From: Zancudomyces culisetae HAW-14-8 | Taxonomy: Eukaryota > Fungi > Kickxellomycota | NCBI GenBank assembly: GCA_052426225.1 | Contig: JBNJNM010000023.1 | Location: 434,001 to 498,000, forward strand | Length of the DNA: 64,000 bases | Direction: 5' to 3' | In this document: one piece after another, positions 12,843 to 25,125 of the stretch | How the letters are laid out: each line of letters begins with the position of its first letter | Position numbering within the stretch: the first letter of the stretch is position 1 | Made by a program: the position numbers and the translations under genes | Notes under the pieces: model-generated | Seen by the model: only the letters and a program-made list of their open reading frames with translations | Told to the model about the DNA's origin: nothing | Databases searched by the model: none

Positions 12843-13355
12843 ATGGCAGCATCAGCAACAGCGACAGCAACAGGGGCAAAAGAATCATCAGATGTACGTA
12901 GGTCAGGGCGAGTCCGGGCAGCGCCAGGACCTGGATACGTGCCAGATATGATAAAACGCACACAGACACACAAGCGGCGGTCCAGAGTGACCAAAAAGGA
13001 GGCGCCCAAGTCTAAAGTGGCCAAGAAGGTTCAATCAACCAAGACAACCGACAAGAAGAAGAAGAAGAAGAGCAAGAAGGTTGCGGGAACAAAATCGCCA
13101 TCCTCAGGAGCAGTAGCAGCAAAGTCATCCTCGGGAGCAGAAGCAGAAGCAACAGGAACAGGAGCAGCAGCAAAGTTGAAAAGTTCTGGAAGAACAAGAG
13201 CAAGAGGAAAAGGAGACAAGAAGGCCAAAGTTGATACCAAGACAAAAGGTGGTGCAAAAGCAAAAGGAAAAGGTATGGTAGTGTCAAAGGGAAAAGTAAC
13301 AAAGAAAAAGGCAGTAGCACCAAAAACCACCAAAAAAGTTACCAAGACCAAATAA
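12843..13355 (+). CDS. Small, very basic Lys/Ala/Thr/Gly-rich protein with histone H1-tail-like composition; function unknown
   Basis: 170-aa ORF with AAAATGG start context, clearly GC-richer than the flanks, containing poly-Lys and K/A/P/T-rich segments. No globular H15 domain is seen. Confidence 0.65.
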   Translation: MAASATATATGAKESSDVRRSGRVRAAPGPGYVPDMIKRTQTHKRRSRVTKKEAPKSKVAKKVQSTKTTDKKKKKKSKKVAGTKSPSSGAVAAKSSSGAEAEATGTGAAAKLKSSGRTRARGKGDKKAKVDTKTKGGAKAKGKGMVVSKGKVTKKKAVAPKTTKKVTKTK

Positions 13356-13667
13356 ACAAACTAATAGGGTGCGTTTTTTGTCTTGTGTTGTGTTGTGTTG
13401 GCAGTTTAATAATGTAGTGATAATATAGAGTTATATATATTTCTTACTCTAGTGTAATTTTCTAAAAATAGTATTATTTTGGATATTTCAAGTCTTTTTT
13501 CATTCTTTTTTCATTCTTTCTTGTTTTTTTTTTAAAAAAAAAAAAACTTCCCCCTTTATTATATATATAAATTTATAATTAATAAATATATTTATTTAAT
13601 TAATTAATTAACTAACTAATCAGTCAATTAATTAATTAATTGATTCAAAAAAAAAAAAAAAAAAACT

Positions 13668-16600
13668 TCAAGAACCAACAACAAGACGAGGTGCAATATT
13701 CATCGCCATAAGTTCTTGGAAAAGTAGTTTGCAGGCATAAGGCATATGAACTTGAGAAATATCAGTATGGTTGCGACAACCACGACATTCAAAAAAGTTC
13801 TTTTTAAGCGAGGCAATGGCAATCAGGCCACAACGGTCACAGACGTGGATGCGGTAGGCATCAGAGACAGCAAACAGGCGTTCTTTTAGGAAATTGGAGG
13901 CGCCGTGAGAAATCATACAATCACGCTCCATTTCACCGAAACGCAGACCGCCATCACGCGAACGGCCCTCGACGGGCTGGCGGGTCAGGATCTGCAGGGG
14001 CCCACGAGCTCTGGAATGGATTTTGTCGTCGACCATGTGTTTGAGGCGCTGGTAGTAGGTGGGGCCAAAGAAGACTTGGGAATAGAGTTTGCGGCCGGAA
14101 TGGCCATTGTACATAACCTCGAGGCCGCGGGAATGGTAGCCCAGAGAGAACAGTTCGGCGGATATGGCATCGACAGTGACGTCGGTAAAGGGAGAGGCAT
14201 CGGCAGCAGTTCCAACAAGAGTGGCGAGCTTGGACAAGAGACATTCGATAAGATGGCCAATAGTCATACGCGAGGGAATGGCGTGGGGGTTGATGATGAG
14301 GTCGGGGACGATTCCGTCGGCAGTGAAGGGCATATCTTCGGAAGTATAGACAATACCAATGGTACCTTTCTGGCCGTGACGACTGGCAAACTTGTCGCCG
14401 ATTTGGGGAACTCTGGTGGAGCGGACACGGACCTTGACGAATTTAAAGCCGTCGCCGTTGGTGGTCAGCAGGACCTGGTCGACAATGCCAGATTCGGTGG
14501 CACGCAGCGGCTTGGACGCATCGAGTTTGGTATGGGCAAGAGTGCGCTGGCCAAGCTCAAGCGAAGCAATGGGAATGGGAGTGGTTTTGCCAATGATAAT
14601 GTCGTCGCCAGTGACACGAGTGCCGGGAGCAATGAGGCCGTCGTCATCGAGTTTTTCATAGGTTCCGATTTTGAGGCGCAGAGTCGAGGCGCGCGACGGC
14701 TTTTCAAAGCGGCCCATGGTTCGCATGCCGAGTTTGTCTTCTTCATCCATGTAGGAGCGGAAGAAAATGGAGCGGAACAGGCCACGGTCAATAGAGGACT
14801 GGTTCATGATAAGCGAGTCTTCCTGGTTGTAGCCAGTGTAGCACAGGATAGCGACAATAGCGTTTTGGCCAGCCGGCAACTCGCTAAACTTGATGTACTC
14901 CATAGCATGAGTGGTTGCAAGAGGTTTCTGCGGATAGTAGAGAAGATTGGCAAGAGTATCCATTCGCACTTGATAGTTTGTCAGCAGAATTCCCATGGCT
15001 TGTTTTCCCATAGCAGATTGATACGTGTTACGAGGAGACTGGTTGTGGTCAGGGAACGGAACGATGGACGCACAAATACCCAGAATCATTGAAGGATGGA
15101 TTTCACAATGCGTCCAAGTTGTTATGCCAATGTTGCGGCGCGACCTGATACGCCCGTCGTCCTTGGGAGGCAGTTGGCCGGTATGCACAAAGCGGCGAGA
15201 CTCGTCTAACTCGTGCGGACTCATAACGATCATGGCTGTTTCTTCTTCCTCAGCATCCAGATACTCCACAATCCCTTCCGACAGCAAATCGTGCCATCGC
15301 ACCGCATCGCGCTCGCCCAACCGCCGCGCCTCAATCGCCGCCACCACGGGCTTGGTAAGAGCCAGCCGCATGTGGTTGACTACAAACAGCGGACGACACA
15401 CCCGGCCGGCATCCGTCAGAATCCGAATCTCGCGTTCTCGTACATCGTGCACAATACTCAGCTCATACGAAAACTCCAGTCGGCGTCGCAGTTGCTTGAG
15501 TGTCGCAGCTAGCCGCACCGCCTCCTTGTGGATGCCAACCCATACTCCGTTGACAAAGATTTTGGTGCTGTCGGCCAAACTGTCGCCTACCAGCTCTTCC
15601 AGATTCTCCATCGCCCACTCCTCCAAAAACATCAGAATCGACCCCGAATCCGACCCAACTGTGATATGCGCCATCAACGCCAGATTCTTCACCAGCCCAC
15701 ACGCCTGGCCCTCCGGTGTCTCCGCCGGACACACCAGCCCCCAATGTGTATTGTGCAGCTGCCGTGGCTTTGCGATCTTGCCGTCTCGTCCTATCGGCGT
15801 GTTACATCGCCGCAAATGCGACAGTGTCGATGCAAACGTATACCGATTCAACACCTGCGCCACCCCCGTTCGGCTCTGCATCGCCTTTTTCTGGTCGCCC
15901 CAGTTTCCTGTTGCCAGCGAATACTTGAGTCCCGCTGTAATCGTGTTGGATTTAAGCGCCATGCTCAGGTTGAACTCTCGTCGGCTCTCTATACATTTCT
16001 GCAAATACCGTGTCATGTCCCGCGTCATCTTTTTAAACAAATTGCGGAACAGCATCGCCAGCAACGGCCCTGCCAAATCCAACCGCTTCCGTCCATAGTG
16101 GTCTCGATCATCCTGGTCTCGTCGCTCCAACACACACTGCAACAACCGGTGGACCATATATCCCAAAAAGTATGTCTTGCGCGTCTCATTGTGTGGCTGC
16201 GTCCCTACATGTGGCAAAAACTCCTTTTGCAATATCTCTCGTGCATATTTAATTCGCTTCTCTCGGTTCACTCCCACCGTTGTTCCTCGCTTTCCAATAA
16301 AATCCAAACTGACCTCGCGGTCTTGAATTACAAACGCCTCCTCAATCGACGCCTTGAACTCTTCTACCATCTCGCTATCATTGCTATCATAACATATATG
16401 CTCCAAAATATCCTTGGCCGCTACTGTCCCCAGCGCCCGGAATACCACCACTACTGGAACTTCGCTGCGAATATACGGAATCGTCGCTTGGATCCCTTTT
16501 CCTCCGCCCCCTCCACTACGCCCAAACTTCTTTAACATTAATGTACTCGCCTGCCTGCTTGCCCCTTCCATTGCACTGCGGATCTCCGCTGTATAGTGTA

Positions 16601-17366
16601 GATTTGGAATCTTCTTTTTGAACACCAACACCGTGTTGGTTGCTATTCGTTCCTGCGCAATCAGGACTTTTTCCGACCCGCTAATTATAAAATATCCTCC
16701 TTGGTCATATGGACACTCCCCGACTCCATACATTTCCGCCTCGTTCAATCGATCTAGTAAACAGTAGTTGCTTCGTAACATAATCGGTATCTTTCCAATA
16801 AACACCTTGCGGAAATCTCGCTCGCTATCTTCTACTTCCTCCATATACATATCCGCCACTGACGTCAGCCCAGCATTCCGTTCATCTTGTGGATCCGCCA
16901 CCAACACCCGCTTGCGTACCGATACCAGCAATGGTGCCGAATACGTCAGGTTGCGCAACCGCGCCTCTTGTGGATATAATTGTTGCGAACTACCATCCGC
17001 CTCCGTCACAGCTGTCGGGGAAAGGTACACCTGTTCAAATTGAATGTGGTACCGTTTTAGCACTTCTCCGCTGTTACTACTTACGCCCGGTACACTTGCA
17101 GCTGGCACTTGTGTTTGTAGTACGAGATGTGTATTTTCATCAACAATCTCTTGTAATGTATTTTCTATAAACTCATTAAAACTTGCTATCTGCTGCCTCA
17201 CCAACCCATTCTCTTCAAAATACCTTGTAATCACCGCCCAACAATCCTCCTGTGTTATTTCTTCCTCTTCTTCTTCCTCCCCTCCTTCACCTCCTAACAC
17301 TCCTTCCCCTCCGACCCCTCCTAGTTCTTGAAATACAGTTTCTTCGTCTCCATATTCTTCCTTCAT
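13668..17366 (-). CDS. RPB2: RNA polymerase II second-largest subunit, intronless
   Basis: 1232 aa with '[16 protein letters not shown]', '[12 protein letters not shown]', '[13 protein letters not shown]', '[12 protein letters not shown]', C-terminal Zn cysteines and '[21 protein letters not shown]'. Confidence 0.99.
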   Translation of the reverse strand: MKEEYGDEETVFQELGGVGGEGVLGGEGGEEEEEEEITQEDCWAVITRYFEENGLVRQQIASFNEFIENTLQEIVDENTHLVLQTQVPAASVPGVSSNSGEVLKRYHIQFEQVYLSPTAVTEADGSSQQLYPQEARLRNLTYSAPLLVSVRKRVLVADPQDERNAGLTSVADMYMEEVEDSERDFRKVFIGKIPIMLRSNYCLLDRLNEAEMYGVGECPYDQGGYFIISGSEKVLIAQERIATNTVLVFKKKIPNLHYTAEIRSAMEGASRQASTLMLKKFGRSGGGGGKGIQATIPYIRSEVPVVVVFRALGTVAAKDILEHICYDSNDSEMVEEFKASIEEAFVIQDREVSLDFIGKRGTTVGVNREKRIKYAREILQKEFLPHVGTQPHNETRKTYFLGYMVHRLLQCVLERRDQDDRDHYGRKRLDLAGPLLAMLFRNLFKKMTRDMTRYLQKCIESRREFNLSMALKSNTITAGLKYSLATGNWGDQKKAMQSRTGVAQVLNRYTFASTLSHLRRCNTPIGRDGKIAKPRQLHNTHWGLVCPAETPEGQACGLVKNLALMAHITVGSDSGSILMFLEEWAMENLEELVGDSLADSTKIFVNGVWVGIHKEAVRLAATLKQLRRRLEFSYELSIVHDVREREIRILTDAGRVCRPLFVVNHMRLALTKPVVAAIEARRLGERDAVRWHDLLSEGIVEYLDAEEEETAMIVMSPHELDESRRFVHTGQLPPKDDGRIRSRRNIGITTWTHCEIHPSMILGICASIVPFPDHNQSPRNTYQSAMGKQAMGILLTNYQVRMDTLANLLYYPQKPLATTHAMEYIKFSELPAGQNAIVAILCYTGYNQEDSLIMNQSSIDRGLFRSIFFRSYMDEEDKLGMRTMGRFEKPSRASTLRLKIGTYEKLDDDGLIAPGTRVTGDDIIIGKTTPIPIASLELGQRTLAHTKLDASKPLRATESGIVDQVLLTTNGDGFKFVKVRVRSTRVPQIGDKFASRHGQKGTIGIVYTSEDMPFTADGIVPDLIINPHAIPSRMTIGHLIECLLSKLATLVGTAADASPFTDVTVDAISAELFSLGYHSRGLEVMYNGHSGRKLYSQVFFGPTYYQRLKHMVDDKIHSRARGPLQILTRQPVEGRSRDGGLRFGEMERDCMISHGASNFLKERLFAVSDAYRIHVCDRCGLIAIASLKKNFFECRGCRNHTDISQVHMPYACKLLFQELMAMNIAPRLVVGS

Positions 17367-17758
17367 TTTTATATATGGTTACGAATCTTTATTTTTTTAT
17401 TTTATTTTGTTTACTAATACTACTACTCTTTTAATTTTCTTGTTTTATTTATTTAGTTTTTTTTTAATTTTTTTTTAAATATTTTATTCACGTCATTCTC
17501 TCCCAACTCTTCTCACCAATTTTAACCATTTTTCTCCACTCCCTCCCCCCCTCCCTCACTTTCTCTCCACTCCCACAAATTATTGAAATTCCTCTTCTCC
17601 CAACTGTTGGTAACTTTGAAAATAATATTATTTATAAAAAAAAATTTTTTTTATTATATTTTATAATCCCCAAATAATTTCAAACCAATAAATCAACAAA
17701 ACAGACAAATAAATAGCTTTATAAAAAATAACTAAACATATTAAATCCGACTTTAACT

Positions 17759-20700
17759 TCAACTCAAACCGCGATATTTCGCTACAAATTCATCTACTGT
17801 AGCTCGAAATCGCGCCAAACTCCTACTATGCTTATACAACTCGTCTACAAACTTACCAATCGCCCCTAAATCCACCCCATACGAATTTACAGTTGCTACA
17901 CCCAGTAACGCCCCAATAATCCGCCGACTCTCCATCGTATAATGCTTCACCACCATATAAAACAGCGGCACTATATGGCCAAATGCCGATCGTGGTGCCG
18001 CCCACACCACTGCATCCAACAACCGTCCCACCATACGCTCAAGATGAGTTGTAGTTGTAGTTGTAGTTATAGTTGTAGTTGTAGTTATATTTATAGTTGT
18101 AGCAACCACACTTTCATGTGTCTGTCCTTGCTGTCCAATCCCCAAGACCAAGGCCTCATACTGTTCCCGCCGCACCACCAAGTCGCTATTAAGCTTTACA
18201 GCACTTGCAGTTGCGGCGCGGTCGTCAGTTCCCCCAAAATACTCGGTACTCCACTCCAGCACACTGTCCAGTCGGTTCAGCTGGCCCACAATATGTTCGC
18301 TAGGCAGCAAGGTCTCAACCAACCGAAACAGTGCATCTGGAACCTCTGCCATCTGCCGCACCACATCAACTCCACCACTCTGCTCTACGCCAACCTCGCG
18401 GCTCTGTACTGCCATGTTGACCATCGCATTGGCCACCCGGACAATATACCCAACCGCCTCCCCCGTTTCTCGAACAGTCCCGCCTTGCCACGCCGCCCGC
18501 CCGTTTTTGTGCGTTCGGTATAGCTGTGCAGCGGATCGCATGGCCCTCGCCAGCAACGTCATATCGTCTATCCGGCGACATCCATACGCACCAGCCAACT
18601 CCACTAGATTTACGGCACCTGGCAGCCCAAAATAAAACACGTGTGGGCCAATCCGGCTGCTCTCATCAACAAACTGCAGCACAGACTCAACAACTTGCTC
18701 ACATTCCAACGCCAATGCTGGCTGACACCCAACAACCAACGCAACTACTGCTGTTTCCAACCGCGTCCGGAACGCACTCATATACTCATCATACATTTGT
18801 GCATCGCTTGTCAGCCGCTCTATAGCCTCGCTGTCTCCTACTTGTGCACTATCCTCATCCCGCTCAGCCGGTTGTAGCCCAATACTTATTGCTACAAACA
18901 ACTCCATAGTCGCCCCAACCATCACGCCTGCCTCAAGCCGTTGCAAAAGCGGCTCTGCCAACGCCAGTGCACCCGCCACCCGCTGCATCCCTTCCAGCTG
19001 TCCAACAACTGTCGCTACTGACATCGCTATACGCCCTACCTCTCGCGTCGTAATTCCTCCACTGTTTTGGTACATTCCAACTACCATCTGTACAAGTTCA
19101 TTACTAACAGGTCCTAGCAACTCTTTGCAACTGTCACATAGACTCTTAAATGCCTTGGATGCACAAAATGATAGTTTTTGCTCGCGCAAACACATTCCAA
19201 CCGCTCGCACCGCATTCATCATCACCTCGCTGTCTCCCGTCTTGGATATCCACTCGGAATACGTTCCTATCAAATTCACCACTCCCATCTTTACATATAT
19301 TGCACTCTCTCTGTTCTCTATAATCCTCAAAAATTTACACTCTCCTTTTAACCCTATCCCAAACATTCGTGCCAATGCATAATCACTATTTGCTCTTTTT
19401 TTCTTTCCTCCTTCTTCTATTTCCCCATTTCCCACATTTTCTGCCTCTAATTCAAACCCTCCTCCTTCACCTCCTCCTTCACCTTCTCCTATTTCTTCAC
19501 TTAATGCCCTAATCGCATACATCAAACTCTCCAATTCTTGCCACCGACCTACTCCCTCTACAATCAATCTATCCCCAATCCCTCCAACTAATCCGATCAC
19601 CATTTCCTCTCGCAACATATGATAGCTGCTCAGTATTACCTCGACTGCTTCCCGTCTAAACCCATAAAACTTCTCTTTGCTTTCTTTATCATATTCCGCC
19701 CACTTTTCTTGTTCGGGATATTCTATCTTTGTTACTAGTCCCTTTAACAACTTGCGATATTTCTCTTTTAACACAAATTCTATCATTGCCATACTTTCAT
19801 TTTCTCCTTCTTCTCCTCCTTCTCCTTCTTCTCCTCCTCCTCCCCTTTCAAGTTTATAATCTTCATATTCTTCATAAAAATTACTCCAAAACCCTAAAAA
19901 TTGATAACTAATCTCCTCGTCCTCGCCATACTGCCCCCCAATCACTGTCAGTCGTATCATTATATCTATCAGCCGCCCAGTCCTCTCTCGATACTCTTCA
20001 CTCTCTCCCATCTTTTTGATATTCCGTGTTGTATACATTTCTAAATACTCTCCTACCAACTCGCCTACTTTCTTTCCAAACTCCATAAACTCCTCCACTC
20101 GCCCAATTATTTCATATATCCAATCACGACTTAACTCCTCTAATCCTACCACCTCCATTGTCTGTCCATAATACTTGTACATTTCCATCGATCCAAACAA
20201 CTCTTCCTGAAACTCAAATATTCCTCTTACTTGCTCCGACTCCAATACCATCTCAATATCCCCACGCTGTCGACCTGCAATCACTAGCTCCTCCATTTGT
20301 CTACTCCCCAGCCGTATTGTCTCTTCAACCACCTGTTTCTCTGGTCGACCCGCAACCACCCATTGCCTCAACCCTTGCCACGCCCTCAAACCATCCTCGC
20401 CAACTCCTCCCCATTCTCGTATGCTCTTTTCGTGTCTTTTGACTATTACTTCAACCAGCTGTCTAATTACTCGCCCACTACTCTCTATTACTTGTTGATC
20501 TATTGCAACCCTACAATTATCCACAACCACACAAGTTTTTTTTTTTTTAATAAAAAACAAATCATAAAATATCCTTGGAAAGCGTTAAAACACACGAGTC
20601 AAAACCAAATAATAATATATTAACCCTTACTGCTTGTTTTCTGATATCCTCTCCGCCTCTTCTATATACACACTAACAAACTCCACAACCATATTTTCCT

Positions 20701-21456
20701 GTATTACTTCCACTTCTCTTCCAACGTTTGCCTCTTTTATCCCTGTCACAATATCATTCATTACTTGGAATAGGTCAAACTTTTTTTCACTTGCTGATTG
20801 TAACATGTACCATGTCAACTATTTTCGTTTTCCACAGCCACCCAAAATTAGGCATTTTTTTGGTTAACATTATTTAGTTTTCTCTTTCTTTTCTGTATAG
20901 TTTTGTTCATTAGATATAATTGTTTCTTACCGCAAGTACCAGTTTTGTAATAATATTACTTTGCCCGCCCGCCAATACGCTTAACCATCGCAATATTATT
21001 CCGTATAATTCTTCTCGTTGCTGATCGCCCAATGTATTCCTAATCAACGCAAAGCAAACGTAAACTCATAAAAAGAAAAGGCATTAAACATTTCTATTAA
21101 CTTGCTCAACAATTAATAAAAGGTTATTTCTACAAAATGCTCTATCACTTACCAGTCTCTTACAATCTTGATATGCAAAGTATGTGCCCCAAAAAACATG
21201 CAATTAGCATCCTATTATTATATATTCCAAAACATGAATATACAACACCCTTTCTCTATCACCTTCACTTACACACCTTCCTCCCTTCCTCCCTTCCTTC
21301 CATTTATTTGTACACACTGCATTTACGACTTACTCCTGTACTAATCAGTTTGTTCGCCAATTCCCACCCCTCAAAGGTCTTTTGTACTTGTCCTAGGATT
21401 TCCAGCGACTTTGGGGTTGCCCCACTTAGTTCTACAGCAAAAGCCTCGAAATCCAT
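17759..21456 (-). CDS. Importin-beta family karyopherin (importin-13/transportin-3-like); exons 21456-21334, 21211-21153, 21039-20931, 20818-20631, 20510-17759
   Basis: The spliced N-terminus reads MDFEAF...QVQKTFEGWELANKLIST-G-DANCMFFGAHTLHIKIVRDW...ITKLVLA (IBN-type motif). Later motifs include 'FLGFW', 'KIEYP...W...KEKFYGFRRE', 'WQELESLMYAIRALSE' and 'GTYSEWI'. All four GT-AG introns keep frame. Confidence 0.85.
18047..18102 (+). repeat. (TAGTTG)n-type repeat encoding a poly-Thr tract in the karyopherin
   Basis: agttgtagttgtagttgtagttatagttgtagttgtag..., read on the minus strand as TTINITTTTTITTTTTTT. Confidence 0.85.
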
Positions 21457-22602
21457 TATCCCACTCTTTTTCTTTATTATGTTGTTTTATTGTTTTATTT
21501 TGTCTTTAATATCTACATATATATTCTCGATCATTTCATACAAGTTTTCGTCTAGTAACTTCAATTTCCAAACATAATGTTCCAATTTTTTGCGTTGTTT
21601 TATTTATTTTTAATGCTTTTCTCTGTTTTTCATTAATTTAACCTCAATAATATTAAAAAATAAACAAATTAATGACAATATATGGGTAAAGTCTAATGAT
21701 CTTGAAAATTACTCTAAATTCTGTTCCAAAACTAAACGAGACTCTGTTTTCCCCTTATTTTTCTACTTTAGTCTATATCTTGCTTAGGTTTATACTGTTC
21801 TTGTTGGTTGTTGATATATATTAAAACACCATAAATATCGATCAGGCTCAAACCAAAATCATATATGTATATGTATATGTATATGTATATATATATACTT
21901 GTCAATGTATAAATCACTAGAGTAAAGCTACGTGATGTTGTGATATTCTCTCACTATCGTTTTTTGCCATACACACACTTTTGTGTTATTGTTATTTTTC
22001 CTTTTAACTCCTTAAAATAGGGTCAAACGTCCAAAAGAGAAAATATGCATTGGGGTGTTATAAATAACACCAATTGTCCGACCATGCTATATTTTAACAT
22101 TTATCCTACATTTAACACTTTTTTTTTATACATCACTTGACTTTTTGTTCCTCCTCTCCACCTATTTTTATTTTATCAAGAAGTGATACTTCTCGATATT
22201 CTCGCATCTTGTTTTAAGCCACTCGTTTATTTTTTTTTTCTGTTTGTCAGTGTTGTGAATTAGCAGCATATAGTGAGATGGTCCAATTTATACACTCGTC
22301 TTTCACCATCACGACAATGGGCCTAGCATATATTCATTAATATTTTCCCGTATTACGCTGCTAAAACCATACTATTGTAGCTCATTACTATTACTTTTAA
22401 CTCCTTTTTTTTATATATATATGAAATATATTTCAGTTACTAATAACTCAGCTTTTCGATCAATAATATTCCTTAGACACGTCCTTTATACTACATTTTA
22501 CTTTTTTATCTCGCTCCCTCGCTTCTCCCTCATCTGCTATATTCATATTATTCATGTAAAGATATACCTCTCAATATTTTACCAGTAAAAATATAAAGGA
22601 TA

Positions 22603-23698
22603 ATGACTATTAAAGCCAAGAGAACGAGAACGAGAACGAAAACAGGAGCAACGGTAAAATCTGTCACAAGTACAGGACAGATTGATGTAGACCGTACTAT
22701 TTCCAACAAACTAGTTATGAAAAAGTAGGTTTGATGTTTAACTTTGGTACATTTACATAAACATCACTCTGTTTATATCTATAATAACAATATTAATATA
22801 ATAAACTAGGTGGAAAAATATTGTCCCACAGTATCCACAGCGAATATATACCAACAGAAAAAAACTCCGGAATGATGCTAGTATCGCAGGCAAGGAAAAT
22901 ATAAAAATACCCATAGTCGCTAGCAAGACCCGTATCGAGACTACATCACCGGAAAAGCAGCTGCTCAAAAAGGTATTATTTATCCTAATGTTACGAGTTG
23001 TCTCATTTCCAACTCTTCTACCTCTCCTCCCCTTCCCCCTCCCCCTTTCAATTTAAAGACGAGTTTACAATATTCTTTTTTGTTATATTTTGTATTTTTA
23101 GTGTGCCGTATCTGTGGTGATTGACAGCAAAGTTTCAGAAAATGACAAACAAACTACACCGACTACGGACTCTAAACGTCGCGGATGTTTGACAATATCT
23201 CATCCAGGTCAAACCAAAATGGATATTAACAGAGTTACAAAAAAATGTGTTGCTGCTACTACTACTACTACTAGTAAGAGTGGTTGTGGTGTTTTGACCA
23301 TTAAAAAAACAAAGCAAAGAGACCAGCCCAAAACCTTCAAAAACAACACTGGGAAAAGATCACCAAAAAAACAAAGTAAGGATGACATAAAAGTCAGAAC
23401 TTTTAGTTTTAAAAACTGGGTAGGTGTCTCCAATGTCTTGAAACGATCTCAGCGGATACTAAAAACTCAAATGACCAAAGATGACGAGGCGTGTAAAATT
23501 CCGTACTCAAAAATATGCGCACAACTGCCTAGTAACAGTAACACTCGTGATATTCGTGCTTGTCAAAATATAGGAGTGGATATGACAGCAAATATCAAAG
23601 GTAAACGTAATAAGGGGTTTAAGTTCGATAATAAAAATACTGTTCGTATCAACAATGGGTTTTTCAGTGGGAAATTGTATATTACTGCAAAAAAATAA
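22603..23698 (+). CDS. Basic Lys/Thr-rich hypothetical protein; exons 22603-22724, 22810-22972, 23102-23698
   Basis: ATG 22603 (MTIKAKRTRTRTKTG...). Two GT-AG introns join open frames exactly into ORF 23114-23698. No domain is recognised. Confidence 0.55.
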
Positions 23699-25125
23699 AC
23701 AAAAATGTATTTCTAGTTGTTTCTTTGGTCCCTGTTTTTGTTTTTGTACTAGTTACTGCATTGTTTGTATTGCATAATATGGTACTAACATGCCGTGTGG
23801 TTGATGGTGTACAAGTGTACTAGATGTAGTATATATGTGCACACTTTTGAAATCAAATGCAGAGTGTTATCAGCGTAAACTAGGATTAGTTTCTGAGGCA
23901 TGTTTGAGGTAAAACATGGCCTGTGGATTTTGCTTTCAGAAAATTCGACCACTATCTTTTTTTTTGTTTTTGCAAATACTGGTGTTGGTATTTTCAATTT
24001 TAATAAACGAAATAAAGAGGAAAACAAAACTAATTGGAAAATCCTTGAGTCGGATAATTATTGGCAAATTACAGGATTTGTAATAAATGAGAAAACACTT
24101 TGTGTACATTACTGAAAAATTAGCAGATGGTTTAAAGAAAAATTGAAGTGATGAGGGGAAAAAGGAGAAAAAAAAAACAGGGACGGAAATTGGCTTGTTT
24201 TTTTTCTTCCAAGGTTTGGTGATTAAAACAACAAGAAACGAAATAAAAAGAAAAAAAAAGTTTTGTAAGTGGGGGCGGAATGGGGGGGGGAGGGAATCGT
24301 GTATAAGCTTGGCCTAAAGAGCTTGAATTTTTACGTGAATTTTCTTTTCTGCAACTTACCTCTTCAGAAATAAACAGAAAAAGGAATAAAAATAAAAGTA
24401 TAAATGTAAAAGGCAAGTTATACCAAAATATGGAGGGGGAGAGAAAGTGAGCAGTTTGCAGCAGGTAGGAATGTTTCTAGAAAAATACAAATTTTTATGT
24501 GTATTGATAAAAAAAAAAGCACAAGCTAAATGCAGTGTGGGAGTAGTTTGGCATGTTTTGTGTGGATAAAATGTGGTATTTTTTATTCCACGAATATTGA
24601 AAACATGAAAAATCTCTGTTTTTGTTTTATATTGTTACGAGTGCCCTATTCTTTTTGTTTGTTTAATTTTTTAATAGATAAATGTTGGAGATGAAACTTA
24701 TTTGCTGTAAATACTTGCCAATATTGATATTCGTGATTATATAATACAAGGTTGGACAATAACATTTGGAATTGAGTTAAAAGTCTTTGTTTTTGTTCTA
24801 TATAGCCCACTGAGCTTTATCAAAGGCGAAATAAAAATAAAAATAAAAATAAAAAAAATTTCAATCTGGCAACGAACACAAAAAAAAAATAATTTCGTTT
24901 TTCATTTTTGGTTTTTTCCCGGTTATTCCTTGGTAATTAATAACGTTAGCAGTTACAGCCATTTATTTTTGTTTTGAGAAAAGATAGTTTTACAATAAAA
25001 TAACCAAAGGTAAACATACAAGAATTTGGATTACTTTGAAAATTGAAATTCAAATTTAGAATACTATTTTCATCTTGATATAGGTATTAATATTTTACTA
25101 AAGCATCGGAGTAATAGATCATAAA

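Noticed and set aside
11092-12969. Phe/Leu/Ile/Tyr-rich minus-strand ORFs (also around 24.1-24.4 kb and 46-47.5 kb)
   Set aside because: Artefacts of T/C-rich low-complexity strands, with no gene-like signals.
13905-16535. Long + strand ORFs (395, 357 and 335 aa) antisense to RPB2
   Set aside because: These are shadow ORFs produced by RPB2's high GC and biased codon use, with no recognisable motifs. The same applies to antisense ORFs over the karyopherin, ROM2, septin and EFL1.
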